Virus record (IMG/VR): IMGVR_UViG_3300005573_000062
Location: 1 to 64,000 of that record
Reading direction: 5' to 3' (one strand)
From: a virus
DNA length: 64,000 nt
Of this stretch, positions 38,751 through 49,982 are shown piece by piece; position 1 is the first letter of the stretch; every line of letters starts with the position of its first letter. Made by a program: the position numbers and the translations under genes. Under the pieces are notes generated by a model that made no database searches, was not told where the DNA came from, and saw nothing but the letters and a program-made list of their open reading frames with translations.

Positions 38751-40514
38751 ATGTCTAGATTAACTGTAGATCAGATCATTGATTTTAAAGTGTATATTAC
38801 TACTTGTTATCATGAAAGTGAATATACCCCTGAATTGATAGAGTGCCTTTCTCCATTTCTTATTAAAGAAGAAAAATTGGGATCCTATTTTTTTCTTACA
38901 TATCAAATAGATGATTATGTAACTGATTTTACAATTTCTAGAAATGTAACAGGAAATCCTGCTAGACTTTCAATATCAATTTTTCCAGAATCTATTAATT
39001 CCAAAATTACTTTTAGATATAATTTGAATGGGATAGAACTTCCTGTTTTCAGAAGAATGGATTTTATAGAAATTAAAGTTGCTTCTTCTTTTGTTAATCC
39101 CAATAAAATAGAAACTCAGTATGATAAAGATTTAAAATATGTATTATCAAATTCAAATGCAAAAAACAATTCTAAATATGACTATCTGTATAAAACTAGA
39201 TTTAGAGGATTTATCACCACGATAAATGAAAGTGATTCTGCAGATGATGGAATTAAATATAATTTAGATGGATTTTCTATTTTATATTATTTATCGATGA
39301 CTCCTTTTATTCAGAATCTAGCTCTTTTTACTGATACTTTTTTAGAAACCCAACGCATGCATCTTTTAGCTAATCAATACATTGTTCTGTATGGAGATTT
39401 ATTACAAAATCTTCAAGATACTATAAGTAGAGTTAAGTTGATGATGGAAGAAATATTTATGTGTTCTAGCACAATATATAAACAACTTAATTATTATAAA
39501 TCAGAAGGATTCGTAACAGATGAATACTACGTTGCTAACGTTGGATTTATAGATGTACAGAAAAAGAAATTGTCAGAATATTTAACAGATTCTAAAAAAA
39601 TCAAAGGGACACAGGCTCTTCTTATTCCTCTTGCGGAACTATATTGTAATATTAAGTCAGATGATTTATTATATAAGATATATAAATCGTATGTATTCGA
39701 TGTTGAAATCCAGTTTTCAGGAAGCAATAAAGATTTTATTTCTAATTATCTATATCTTTTACAAGTATTAAATAATTTTAAAGAAAACATCCAATATGTT
39801 TTATTTGAGAAAGGGGATGGAACAATAGTTTATGATAGAATTCGTATTGAACAACCTCCACTGGATACCCTCCATGAAGATTTATTTTTAAGATATTCTT
39901 ATCGAGAAACAGCAGATAATTATTATACTGAAGTATTGAGTACTCCAGGCACAGCATTAAAATTATTTGATGATTCCATACGAGAAGCCCTTTTCAAGAG
40001 TAGTGGATATGCTATAGATGAACTTAGACGTTTTGGGTATAGAAGACCTGAAGTTCAAACTAATCCAAATGTCAGTGATCCTATTGCTTTACAATATTAT
40101 TCTACTGTATATAAGATACAGAATAATTCTCAACTTTTAACTTTAGATATCCAGTATCCTTATTTAGCGAATATAAATATAGGAGACATGATATGGTTTA
40201 AAGGAAAAAATCTAACAGGATTTGTAACAGAAATAACAGAAAGTATCAATTTTGGTGGTAGAAGTGAAAGTAGAATATCTATGTCATTTTTAAGAAAAAC
40301 TAAAGTGATAGATCCTAAAAAGGATAAAGGAGAAATATCAGGATTTACTAAATTCGATAAGTTGAATATCGAAGATTCTTATGGTATAAAATATAATCTA
40401 TATATTGAAGATATACCCGAGTATCAATTTATAAGTGATTTTTACAAAGGAAAAATTAAAATTTTTAGTTTTCCGGAATATAGATACGAAAGACAACAGA
40501 TAATAAAAAGTTGA
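38751..40514 (+). CDS. Baseplate hub protein
   Basis: FRGFITTI.E, F..GDG.IV, RFG.R, I.IGD.I.....GFV.EI.E. Confidence 0.7.
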   Translation: MSRLTVDQIIDFKVYITTCYHESEYTPELIECLSPFLIKEEKLGSYFFLTYQIDDYVTDFTISRNVTGNPARLSISIFPESINSKITFRYNLNGIELPVFRRMDFIEIKVASSFVNPNKIETQYDKDLKYVLSNSNAKNNSKYDYLYKTRFRGFITTINESDSADDGIKYNLDGFSILYYLSMTPFIQNLALFTDTFLETQRMHLLANQYIVLYGDLLQNLQDTISRVKLMMEEIFMCSSTIYKQLNYYKSEGFVTDEYYVANVGFIDVQKKKLSEYLTDSKKIKGTQALLIPLAELYCNIKSDDLLYKIYKSYVFDVEIQFSGSNKDFISNYLYLLQVLNNFKENIQYVLFEKGDGTIVYDRIRIEQPPLDTLHEDLFLRYSYRETADNYYTEVLSTPGTALKLFDDSIREALFKSSGYAIDELRRFGYRRPEVQTNPNVSDPIALQYYSTVYKIQNNSQLLTLDIQYPYLANINIGDMIWFKGKNLTGFVTEITESINFGGRSESRISMSFLRKTKVIDPKKDKGEISGFTKFDKLNIEDSYGIKYNLYIEDIPEYQFISDFYKGKIKIFSFPEYRYERQQIIKS

Positions 40515-40544
40515 CGGATATAAAATAACTTTTTTAATAAGAAA

Positions 40545-41036
40545 ATGAGAGTATTTGATAAATTAACAGATTTAGCAACAAATAGATTTTCATCACTTAG
40601 ACTTGGTCAAGTAATAAATGATTTGGATGAAAATGGAATGTATTCAGTCCGATGGCTGGATACTGAAGCAGGAGGGCGAAGTAATATTTTTATAACATAT
40701 CCGTATTTTAATAATTCTACGAATCCTCCCTGGGGGATAGAGTGCGGAATTGAAAAAGGAACTATTGGAATATTTGGATTTTTAAGTGATAATCATGCAG
40801 TTCTATTGTCAACGATTATTTCGTGGATTAATAATTATAATGTTGGATTCGATAAAACTGGAAAAATAAAGAGTGGGGAAATAAGAATTACTAGTAAAAA
40901 TGGTGCTAAAGTTTATATGGATTTAGAAGGTAATTTGAAATTTTCTACTAAAAGACTATCAATAAATTTAAATGAAAAAGATGGACAAATAGAAATAAAC
41001 GGTCCTAAAGTTCTAGTTAATGGGAGAGAAATTTAA
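40545..41036 (+). CDS. Baseplate spike (gpV/gp5 OB-fold)
   Basis: G.V...G...VRW, GEI.I.S.NGA.V.MD; ends V.VNG. Confidence 0.65.
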   Translation: MRVFDKLTDLATNRFSSLRLGQVINDLDENGMYSVRWLDTEAGGRSNIFITYPYFNNSTNPPWGIECGIEKGTIGIFGFLSDNHAVLLSTIISWINNYNVGFDKTGKIKSGEIRITSKNGAKVYMDLEGNLKFSTKRLSINLNEKDGQIEINGPKVLVNGREI

Positions 41037-41719
41037 TGGCTCAACTCGGATTTAAAAAAATTCCATTGATTTTTGTGTTTGATGCTCCTATAAAAAAAGG
41101 AAATTTCGTATCTAATGCTTTAAATTTCATAGGACAGGGACCTGACGTTTTTTTAATTAAAATGATAGCAAAGGTTCTAAAATTAGCAGATTTGAGTAAT
41201 AAAATAATACTGCCTCTTTTAGTAAATCCACAGAATTTGAATATTACAAAACAACCAAAAGTAATAACAACACTTACAAAAAAAGGACTTCTTGCACAAT
41301 ACTGGCCAGCTATTCCAGACACCGTTTCAATTTCTGGAACAGCTGCTAGTAATCAGTCCTTTATGATATTAAATCAATTTGATATGCTTACAAAAACAAT
41401 GGAAGACGGTGTAAGAAATCCTGTTATAATGCTGTATAAATTTGGATTAGGATCCTATAGAGGATATGTCGAAAATTTTAAAGTAGGGATAGATGCAACT
41501 CATCCTAATATTTTCAACTATACTTTTGACTTTAAATTTTTAGATAGAGAACACTTCAGAATGTTCTTATACGCAATTACAACTACATCATTGAATACAT
41601 TAATTCAAAATCCTGTTAAAGCAGTAAAGGATCAAATTTCAATGGGAGCTTCTGAAATAATGAGCAGTTCTAATATAACAGGAAGTAAAGGACTGTTAAG
41701 AAATAAATACAAACTATGA
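41036..41719 (+). CDS. Tail tube initiator-like baseplate protein
   Basis: LVNPQNL.I.K, ISG, YRGY.E.F....A..P..FNYTF.F. Confidence 0.6.
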   Translation: MAQLGFKKIPLIFVFDAPIKKGNFVSNALNFIGQGPDVFLIKMIAKVLKLADLSNKIILPLLVNPQNLNITKQPKVITTLTKKGLLAQYWPAIPDTVSISGTAASNQSFMILNQFDMLTKTMEDGVRNPVIMLYKFGLGSYRGYVENFKVGIDATHPNIFNYTFDFKFLDREHFRMFLYAITTTSLNTLIQNPVKAVKDQISMGASEIMSSSNITGSKGLLRNKYKL

Positions 41720-42141
41720 GTGACATTAATATAATACAAAACACAGAAACTTTAAATCAAGATGTGGATATTTCTTTTGATTTTTTTGGAAAAATAAATT
41801 TAATAGAAAATAAAGAAAAAATTAAACAATTTATTGGAAAATTTTTATCTACTGAAATAGGCACATCGAAAACTGATGAAAATTATGGAACATCTTTATC
41901 ATCTTTAATTGGAGATACTTTAGATGAATATTCATATGGATTAATACGACAAGAAGTAATAAATTCATTAGCATATGCAATAAATAAATATAATGACACT
42001 ACAGATAATGAAGATGAACAAATTGATAGTTTAGATTCAATAAATTTTTCAATGGATGAAAATGAACCTAGAAAAGTAAAAATAGATTTAAAGATTATTA
42101 TGAAAAGTGGAAGTTCAATTGAATTAGGAGTTAAAATATAA
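41716..42141 (+). CDS. gp25-like sheath initiator
   Basis: DI.FD..G.I.LI....IKQ.I...L.T..G.....YGT.L..LIG. Confidence 0.8.
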   Translation: MSDINIIQNTETLNQDVDISFDFFGKINLIENKEKIKQFIGKFLSTEIGTSKTDENYGTSLSSLIGDTLDEYSYGLIRQEVINSLAYAINKYNDTTDNEDEQIDSLDSINFSMDENEPRKVKIDLKIIMKSGSSIELGVKI

Positions 42142-42142
42142 T

Positions 42143-43603
42143 ATGTCAATAAATCCTAAAACAAAAGAAGATTTTATAGAATCGATGAAAAGTTTCATTG
42201 CTGATTATAATAGTAAGAATGGAACAAATATAGATATTCGGGATGGTACTGTTTTTAAAGATTTGATAATAGATAGCCCTTCAGTTGAATTTGAAAAAGT
42301 TTATAATGATATTACTTATGCTAGTAAATTATCTTCACTTGAATATTCAAATGAAATAGAAGATTCAGATTTAGATCTTATTGGACTTAACTATGGATTA
42401 ACAAGATTGGGATCTTCCATTTCAACGGTAGATGTTACATTTATAACAACATTCACTGAAGACGCTCCTCCTACTAATAATATAATAATAAATACCGGAG
42501 TTCAAGTTAAAGTTCCATCATCTGTAGGATCTCCAGAAATACAGTTCAAAACTATTGAATCAAAACAAATAGATTCATCTCGTCCGGACGACTATTTATA
42601 TACTGATTTTGATGGAACAATAAGATATGCAGTTACTGTAAAATGTGAATGTTTAACCCCAGGTTCTGTAGGAAATGTTCAAACTGGAGCGATAAAAGAA
42701 ATAATAACACCAATAGCTGGGATTGGAAAAGTTACTAATCCTTCTCCTGGAATAGGCGGTAGAGACGTTGAAAGTAATTCAGATTTTGCTAAAAGAATAA
42801 AAGGAAAGCTAAGTGGAAATTCTATTGGAACGGATTCTGGAATAAAAACACTCTTATATACAGACGAAAGAGTAAAAGATATTAATATTATAAGAGCAGG
42901 GGATTCAGACGCGATTAGAAATATATATGGAGGAGAAGTTGATGTCATCGTATTAAAGGAAGATAGACAAACATACAGTTTTCAGATCGAATATATAGAT
43001 CCTGATAAAAAAATATATTTTCCAATAAAGCCATATATAGATTCTCCCGATGAAGTAACAGTAACTGGTACACAATTGGGAAATCCACAACACAATTTTT
43101 CAGTTAATATTTACAAAGATAAAGGTATTTATAAAGATTCAATAAAAGATTCTTCTTATTTAACTTTTAATTCAAACGATTTACCTGATCTTAATAGTAT
43201 AGTTACAATTACATATCCATATGATAAATTAATAGTAGATCTTCAAGCGATTATAGATCAAAAAGAAAATCATATTATCGGATCTGATATTTTGATTAGA
43301 AAAGCATATAAAAAGAATGTTTTATTAACCTGTGAAGTCGAAATATATTCTGGTTATGATAAAAATAAGGTATCAGATAATATAAGTGATTCTTTGTCAT
43401 CGTATATACAAAATTTAAGTTTGGGGCAAAGAGTAGATTATTCGGATTTAATAAATGAACTTTCTAAAATTGATGGAGTAGATTCAATTACAATTGTTGG
43501 ACAAACATTTCCAATATATACAAAAAAGAATGAATATATTGTATTGAAGTCATTAGCTGTAAATATAGGAACTGAATTTTCTAAAACATATACATATGCT
43601 TAA
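42143..43603 (+). CDS. Baseplate J-like wedge protein
   Basis: LD.IG.NYGLTR, C..PG..GN, GGRD.ES...F..R, G.VDV. Confidence 0.9.
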   Translation: MSINPKTKEDFIESMKSFIADYNSKNGTNIDIRDGTVFKDLIIDSPSVEFEKVYNDITYASKLSSLEYSNEIEDSDLDLIGLNYGLTRLGSSISTVDVTFITTFTEDAPPTNNIIINTGVQVKVPSSVGSPEIQFKTIESKQIDSSRPDDYLYTDFDGTIRYAVTVKCECLTPGSVGNVQTGAIKEIITPIAGIGKVTNPSPGIGGRDVESNSDFAKRIKGKLSGNSIGTDSGIKTLLYTDERVKDINIIRAGDSDAIRNIYGGEVDVIVLKEDRQTYSFQIEYIDPDKKIYFPIKPYIDSPDEVTVTGTQLGNPQHNFSVNIYKDKGIYKDSIKDSSYLTFNSNDLPDLNSIVTITYPYDKLIVDLQAIIDQKENHIIGSDILIRKAYKKNVLLTCEVEIYSGYDKNKVSDNISDSLSSYIQNLSLGQRVDYSDLINELSKIDGVDSITIVGQTFPIYTKKNEYIVLKSLAVNIGTEFSKTYTYA

Positions 43604-44336
43604 TTTTATAACTAGATTTAATCGAAGAAAAATTCCATATAATAAAACAGAAATTAGAACTATCCCTAGTTCTGGACCTTATGTCATTAGACTAGAAGAG
43701 GTACCATTTAAAGAAGATCCTTCTTCGATTGACGTTGTACACAATATTCACTTCACAGAAATAACTACAAATAACCCACAATTAAATGAATTTTATGTGG
43801 ATTACACTTCAGCTTTTATATATTTTTCTTCTGAAAATGCAGGAAATCAAGTTACTATAAATTACAAAGGCATTGGAAGCTTGATAATGGCAGAAGATGT
43901 AAATGAATTACAGGACGCTGCACATACATTGGATGACCTTAAACTCGATAAGATAGTAGGAATAAATAATAATTTAATATTAATAGATTCAGATGGTAGC
44001 GCAATTAAAGATTCAAATGTTAATATTTCAGATTTAATTGTCACAGATCATAACTTATGGACGTCACAAAGAATTTATAATGAAATATATAAAATTAAAA
44101 AAATATATAAAGAAATCCCATCTGGAGATATTAATGGAACAAATCGAATATTTACATTACAACACACACCTATTATCGATAGTGAAAAAGTATATTTAAA
44201 TGGATTACTTTTAAAGTCTAAATCTTTATATCCTAGTGATTATGACTATGAAATCACAGATGTTACTATTAATTTTTCTAGCACAACTTTACCTAGAACA
44301 GGAGATAGCTTGATAGCGAGCTATGAATATATATGA
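43596..44336 (+). CDS. Tail/baseplate fibre-associated protein (paralog A)
   Basis: Paralog of 44333; C-terminal VYLNGL domain. Confidence 0.65.
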   Translation: MLNFITRFNRRKIPYNKTEIRTIPSSGPYVIRLEEVPFKEDPSSIDVVHNIHFTEITTNNPQLNEFYVDYTSAFIYFSSENAGNQVTINYKGIGSLIMAEDVNELQDAAHTLDDLKLDKIVGINNNLILIDSDGSAIKDSNVNISDLIVTDHNLWTSQRIYNEIYKIKKIYKEIPSGDINGTNRIFTLQHTPIIDSEKVYLNGLLLKSKSLYPSDYDYEITDVTINFSSTTLPRTGDSLIASYEYI

Positions 44337-45034
44337 CTCCATTAAACTTCATTAAAAGATATCCAAGTAGAACTACTCCAATAGCTAAAAATGAGTACAG
44401 AATAGTGCCTTCTTCTTCTCCGTATGCTATTAGACTAGAAGAAGTTCCAGATAAAATACGAGAATTTTCTATCGACGGTTTTACTGTGGATACTGAAAAT
44501 CCTCCAGCTCCAAATAAATATTTTGTCGATTTAGATTTAGGAGTCGTATGGTTTAATTCTTATAACAGTGGTTCGAATGTAATTATTCATTATTGGGGCA
44601 CTGGAAGTATTGTAGCAGCTGAAGATGTAAACGATTTACAAGATGGAGTCACATATTTAGAAAATAGTTATGTTTCAAAAGTTATAGGAAATGAAAATAA
44701 TATTGTTTTATTAAATGATGAAGGTGGAATAAAAGGAAGTGAAAAGACATTTAATGACGACGGGATAACAGTAAATGATATTTGGTCAGCAAATAAAATA
44801 ATTCAAAGAGAAGTTTATGGAGAAAGACCTTCTGGAGAAATAAATGGGAGTAATATAATATTTGTTTTATTATATACGCCTATTGATGGAACAGAACGAA
44901 TATACCTGAATGGATTGAGACTAGAGAAGAACGAAGATTATACTTTAAACGAAAAAACTATAACGATGTCATACGCCCCTTCAATGGGGTCAAAAATAAT
45001 AGTTGATTATAAAAGGAGGTATTTAAATGGCTAG
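44333..45034 (+). CDS. Tail/baseplate fibre-associated protein (paralog B)
   Basis: IRLEEVP, G.GS..AEDVN.LQD and YLNGL shared with 43596. Confidence 0.65.
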   Translation: MTPLNFIKRYPSRTTPIAKNEYRIVPSSSPYAIRLEEVPDKIREFSIDGFTVDTENPPAPNKYFVDLDLGVVWFNSYNSGSNVIIHYWGTGSIVAAEDVNDLQDGVTYLENSYVSKVIGNENNIVLLNDEGGIKGSEKTFNDDGITVNDIWSANKIIQREVYGERPSGEINGSNIIFVLLYTPIDGTERIYLNGLRLEKNEDYTLNEKTITMSYAPSMGSKIIVDYKRRYLNG

Positions 45035-46193
45035 AACACAAATTGACTTAGAAGTGCAATCTCTAGATCAATCTTTAAGTGGTTCTAAAATTAAAGACGG
45101 TGCTATTACTGATATTAAAATAGCATCAAATGCGAATATATCTACATCGAAATTAGCAGATGGAGCTAACTTTATATTAAAAAATGGAAGTGTTGCTTTT
45201 TCTGCTAATCAATCAATGGGAGGATATAAATTAACTAACTTAGCAGATGGTGTGAATTCAGGAGATGCTGTAAATAAATCACAGTTAGATGCTGTCACCT
45301 CGCTCATCCAGAGCATGGAGTGGTTATCCTCTGTATTATCTGTTGCTACTACTCCTCCAAGCAATCCTTCAACTGGAGATAGATATTTAATAAATGGAAC
45401 TGGACAGGGAGATTGGAGTGGACACGATAATCAAATAGCAGAATGGAGTGGAAGTTCTTGGACATATACGACTCCAACAACTGGAACATTTGTTAGTGCT
45501 GATAATGAACCTTCAAAATTGTATTTATTTGGTGGTTCAAGTTGGTCCGAAAAGTATTTTGAATCAACAACTGCATCTACTGGTTTAACGAAAGTTGGTT
45601 TTGATATAAGAGTAAATTCAACTCTTGCTGGTTCAGGATTGACTTTCGATTCTGGAATAATATCTGTTGGGGCAGGAACGGGTATTGTTGTTGATACAGA
45701 TAGTGTATCTGTTGATGTAGGTACTACTGCAAATAAAATAGTGCAGTTAGACAACAATGCTAAATTACCTGCTGTTGATGGTAGTCAGCTGATAAATATA
45801 AATGCAGCTACTCTCGATTCATTGGATTCAACTGACTTCTTGAGAACGAGCGCAAGTTCAGCAGTAAGTAGTGGATATACCCTCAGTATAAATAGTGGAG
45901 CTATACTAAATATACTTGGAACTTTACAATTAGGAGGAACAACTGTAACTGCTACTGCTGCTCAACTTAACGATCTTGGAACTATTGTGGTAAGAGAGAC
46001 CCCCAGCGGTCTTGTTAATGGTTCTAATACTGATTTTACATTAGCACACACTCCAAAATCAGGAACAGAAGAAGTATATCTGAACGGCTTACTCCAAGAT
46101 CCAACTAACGACTATACTATATCTACAAATACAATTACTTTCGTAGCAGCTCCTAAGACTGGAGATAAAATAAGAGTATCTTATAGATATTAA
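45027..46193 (+). CDS. Fibre protein with DUF2793-like domain
   Basis: TPP..P..GDRYL.....GDW.GH...IA.W....W; DAVNK.QLD; LPAVDGS. Confidence 0.7.
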   Translation: MARTQIDLEVQSLDQSLSGSKIKDGAITDIKIASNANISTSKLADGANFILKNGSVAFSANQSMGGYKLTNLADGVNSGDAVNKSQLDAVTSLIQSMEWLSSVLSVATTPPSNPSTGDRYLINGTGQGDWSGHDNQIAEWSGSSWTYTTPTTGTFVSADNEPSKLYLFGGSSWSEKYFESTTASTGLTKVGFDIRVNSTLAGSGLTFDSGIISVGAGTGIVVDTDSVSVDVGTTANKIVQLDNNAKLPAVDGSQLININAATLDSLDSTDFLRTSASSAVSSGYTLSINSGAILNILGTLQLGGTTVTATAAQLNDLGTIVVRETPSGLVNGSNTDFTLAHTPKSGTEEVYLNGLLQDPTNDYTISTNTITFVAAPKTGDKIRVSYRY

Positions 46194-46206
46194 TACGAGG
46201 TAAATC

Positions 46207-48945
46207 ATGGGTGGAACACAAATTAGAGGAGAACAGATATTAGATTCATCTATTACATCTGTAGATCTTCAAGATGGATCTATTATTCAATCAAAAATAG
46301 ATACATTGAGACCTGTTTCAAATAATAACAATACTATTAAAATAAAAGCTGGAATACTTAAGAAAAAAGATGGAACAGGAGCGATAAAATTCTCTGAAAC
46401 AAATACTTCAGCTTTTGATCCTGTTATTATAAGCGGTAATACAAGATATGATTTGGTAGGAATAGATACAACAGGAACTTTATCAATAATTAAAGGAACA
46501 GAAGGAAATCCAGGAAGTGTTCCACCCTATCCTCAAGATAAATTCATAGTAGCAGAAGTAAAAATAGATGAAACTAGTAATGTTATAATTTCTGATTCAG
46601 ATATTACAGATGTAAGAGCTTCTTTTGAAATAGACAATCCAAATTTTATCATACAAGGTGATACTTATATAAATATAAACGATACTGGGGATGGATATAT
46701 AAGTTTAGTTGAGGATGGAACTGAAGTTGTTAGAATAAACAATGGCAACGTCGGCATCGGGACGACGAGCCCGAATCAGAAATTAGATGTAGCTGGTTCT
46801 ATGAATCTTGGTGGTCATTTAATAATGCCAATAGGTGGATATAATATAAAATTAATTGGTAATAACAGTGGTTTGACTATTATAGGTGGCAATGCGTCAC
46901 ATACAGGAAGCAATATTGGTTTATACGGCTATCAACATGCATCTAATCCTAATATAATTACTTTTAATAGGGGAAATGGCTCAATATCAATTGAAGAAGC
47001 AAGATTTGATGCAAATGGGAATTTAGGAATTGGCACTGCTTCTCCTGGTGCTAAACTGGATGTAAATGGTAGCGGTTCTTTTAGCGGACAGATATACTCA
47101 AGCGGAACGGCAGGAAATTACTTTGCTGGTAATGTCGGCATCGGGACGACAAATCCTGCATATAAATTAGATGTTGTTGGTGATAGTAGGATAAGTGGAC
47201 AAGCAATAATAACAGGGACAGCGACAGTTCAAGGGAATGCTTTTTCCGTTGGTGGTTCTAACTTTGTTGTTAATGCCGGCAATGTCGGCATCGGGACGAC
47301 AAATCCTGCATATAAATTAGATGTTGTTGATAGTGTGAGAATTGGTAGTGGAGTTAGTGGAATTTATTTAACTAATGGACGTATTTGGAGTGAAAATAAT
47401 GCAATACAACTTGTAGGCAATAATGCTCCTGTATGGTTAGGAAATTCAGTAAATTCTCCTATTTTATCTATTGTATCTAATAACGTTGGGATTGGAACAA
47501 CTACCCCATCAGAAAAACTTGTTGTTGTAGGTAATATTAAATTAAGTGGTAATCTACTTTTAGGTGATGGTACCTCAGGTGATAAAATCTTAATAGCTAA
47601 CAATGCAGATACTAATAAACCTGCATTCAAATATAATGATACAACTAAAAAATGGCAGTATTCCAACGATGGTTCTACTTGGAATGACATAGGTTCAGGG
47701 AGTGGAGGTACTCCTGGAGGATCTAACGGACAAATTCAATATAACAACAATGGAGTATTTGGTGGTGCGTCTGCTCTTTACTACGATAGTGTTAATAATA
47801 GATTAGGTTTAGGTTTATCTAATCCAACTCATAAGTTTCATTTGACTTCAAGTGGAGATAATAAGGATATATTATTTATTCAAGAAACTACGGGTGGAGC
47901 TGGTAATACAGCTAATATTGCTTTCAAGACTAACCCTGGGACTGGAGATACGGATGCAGTAATGGGAAGAATAAAAGTCATAGATCAAGGTAGTTTTAAT
48001 GCAGATATGGCTTTTGAGGTAAAGGGAAATTCAACTAATGATCAAACTACAACTGAGGTTATGCGAATTACAAATGTGGGTCGTGTTGGTATAAAAACTG
48101 CAAGTCCTTCATATGATTTGCATGTAGCTGGTTCAGGTTATTTTAGTTCACTGTCTGCTAATAGTTTAGGAGCAACAAATTTAAATTTAACAAATCTGAG
48201 TTCAACTTGGTTTTATTTATCAAATAATACATTGACTTTAAGACCCACAAATCAATTTGTCAATAATTATTTAGTACTGGCAGCTGAATCTTCTTCAGCT
48301 ACAGCGGTTTTAAAGTTAACACAGAGTGCTTTTACGCGTGGTAATGATGCATATATAAGTTTGGACTCAGTTCTCACAATAAAAACTTCTCATTGGGGAG
48401 ATGTTGGTGCTCCTCCAGCCATGAGTTTTAATTTAGATACAACTTCATTTATTTACTTACGTAATGATCTGTATAGGGTTGGTATTTTTAATACTTCCCC
48501 AGTAGAAGCTTTGGATGTGATAGGAAATATTAAAACTGATTCTTCAGTTATTATTAACCCTACTCCAAATAATACAACAGCTTCAGGAACTCTTATAAAT
48601 GCCACTGCGGGTGAAAATCTAAGTGCTGGTGATATTTGTTATCTTAAATCAGATGGAAAGTATTGGAAAGCAAATGCCACTTCAAGTTCTACAATGCCTG
48701 CCTGTGTGATGGCTACACAAGCAATAAGTGCTAATACTACAGGTAAATTTTTAATTCAAGGTTATTGGAAAAATACCTCTTTAAGTTTAACGATAGGTGG
48801 TTTGATTTATATGTCAACAACTTCAGGTGGTATTACTCAGACTGCTCCAAATGCTACAGGAAATCAAATTCAAGTATTAGGATATGCTACTGCTTCAGAT
48901 ACTATTTATTTTAATCCGAACTTAATGTTGTTGGAGGTAGCATAA
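46207..48945 (+). CDS. Long tail-fibre-like protein
   Basis: About 8 (G)NVGIGTT.P..KLDV-type repeats; C-terminal cement-like beta-tulip domain. Confidence 0.8.
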   Translation: MGGTQIRGEQILDSSITSVDLQDGSIIQSKIDTLRPVSNNNNTIKIKAGILKKKDGTGAIKFSETNTSAFDPVIISGNTRYDLVGIDTTGTLSIIKGTEGNPGSVPPYPQDKFIVAEVKIDETSNVIISDSDITDVRASFEIDNPNFIIQGDTYININDTGDGYISLVEDGTEVVRINNGNVGIGTTSPNQKLDVAGSMNLGGHLIMPIGGYNIKLIGNNSGLTIIGGNASHTGSNIGLYGYQHASNPNIITFNRGNGSISIEEARFDANGNLGIGTASPGAKLDVNGSGSFSGQIYSSGTAGNYFAGNVGIGTTNPAYKLDVVGDSRISGQAIITGTATVQGNAFSVGGSNFVVNAGNVGIGTTNPAYKLDVVDSVRIGSGVSGIYLTNGRIWSENNAIQLVGNNAPVWLGNSVNSPILSIVSNNVGIGTTTPSEKLVVVGNIKLSGNLLLGDGTSGDKILIANNADTNKPAFKYNDTTKKWQYSNDGSTWNDIGSGSGGTPGGSNGQIQYNNNGVFGGASALYYDSVNNRLGLGLSNPTHKFHLTSSGDNKDILFIQETTGGAGNTANIAFKTNPGTGDTDAVMGRIKVIDQGSFNADMAFEVKGNSTNDQTTTEVMRITNVGRVGIKTASPSYDLHVAGSGYFSSLSANSLGATNLNLTNLSSTWFYLSNNTLTLRPTNQFVNNYLVLAAESSSATAVLKLTQSAFTRGNDAYISLDSVLTIKTSHWGDVGAPPAMSFNLDTTSFIYLRNDLYRVGIFNTSPVEALDVIGNIKTDSSVIINPTPNNTTASGTLINATAGENLSAGDICYLKSDGKYWKANATSSSTMPACVMATQAISANTTGKFLIQGYWKNTSLSLTIGGLIYMSTTSGGITQTAPNATGNQIQVLGYATASDTIYFNPNLMLLEVA

Positions 48946-49958
48946 TGGCTATCTCTAAAATTGGTGGGGTATCTTTAAGTTCACTTTCTAAATTATTGGG
49001 TGTTCCATTATCAAGTATTACCAAAATTGGTGGATTTGATAAACAACCTTCTGTTTCTTATGAATGGGTAACTTATAACTGGGGAGGGAATTTAGGACAA
49101 TTTTGGGCTTGTTTTGAGCCTAACAGTAGGTATTTTTGGTGTTGTTCCCCAGGGACTACAGCTCTTAAAAAAGTAAATTATGATACTTTTCAAACGGTAT
49201 TAACTTATAATTTACCTTATACTGCAGAAATGGTATATGCGGGAGATTCAACTTATATATACGCAAAAAATTATAGTAATAATGTTTTTTTCAGAATTAA
49301 TAAATCAACAGGAGCAGTAACTACATTCAGTCAAGGAACTCCAGCTTATTTTTTAGTTGATAATTCATTAACATATATTTATTTAGATAGTAATATTACA
49401 GATAAAACAATAAAAGTTATATCAAAAGATACATTTTCTTTAGTTACTACAATAAATTTGAATGATTGGTACGGAGGATCTTTTGTATATGCTGGAGGAT
49501 ATATATGGGTTACAGGAGGGTCATCCCCTTCATATTTACGAAAAATAGATCCTTCAACTAATACTTTGGTAGCAACTTATACGATGCCATCGTCGTCATA
49601 TTCATCTACTATAAATAGAAGGAATGGATATTTGTATATACTTGGTTGGGGAGTTTCTGGAGTATATAAATTTGATATACAAAATTCCTCTGGGTCTGTA
49701 GAAGCAACAGGACCTTATAATTGGTTAGGTGGAACATTTTGGGAATTTGGAAATGATACTAATCCTATATTATGGTGTAGTAGAGCAAATACTTCAGCTA
49801 GTGTAATAGATTATTATGATTCTAATTCACATACTTTTGGGACTGTAACAACAGGAATAACAAGTAATCGTGTACAAGTTCAAAGTGTAAATAGCGATGG
49901 AGAAGTATTAGCATCTACAGATACAGGATATATTATTTTAAAAAGAAAAGTAATATAA
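48945..49958 (+). CDS. Beta-propeller receptor-binding-like protein
   Basis: IWVT....L.KIDP.TN.LVAT blades; N-terminal SKI.GV repeat. Confidence 0.6.
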   Translation: MAISKIGGVSLSSLSKLLGVPLSSITKIGGFDKQPSVSYEWVTYNWGGNLGQFWACFEPNSRYFWCCSPGTTALKKVNYDTFQTVLTYNLPYTAEMVYAGDSTYIYAKNYSNNVFFRINKSTGAVTTFSQGTPAYFLVDNSLTYIYLDSNITDKTIKVISKDTFSLVTTINLNDWYGGSFVYAGGYIWVTGGSSPSYLRKIDPSTNTLVATYTMPSSSYSSTINRRNGYLYILGWGVSGVYKFDIQNSSGSVEATGPYNWLGGTFWEFGNDTNPILWCSRANTSASVIDYYDSNSHTFGTVTTGITSNRVQVQSVNSDGEVLASTDTGYIILKRKVI

Positions 49959-49982
49959 ATATATTGTAAGGAGAAAAGTTAT

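Noticed and set aside
47130-47330. ~49-bp exact direct repeat as CRISPR or att site
   Set aside because: In-frame NVGIGTTNPAYKLDVV fibre repeat; only two exact copies
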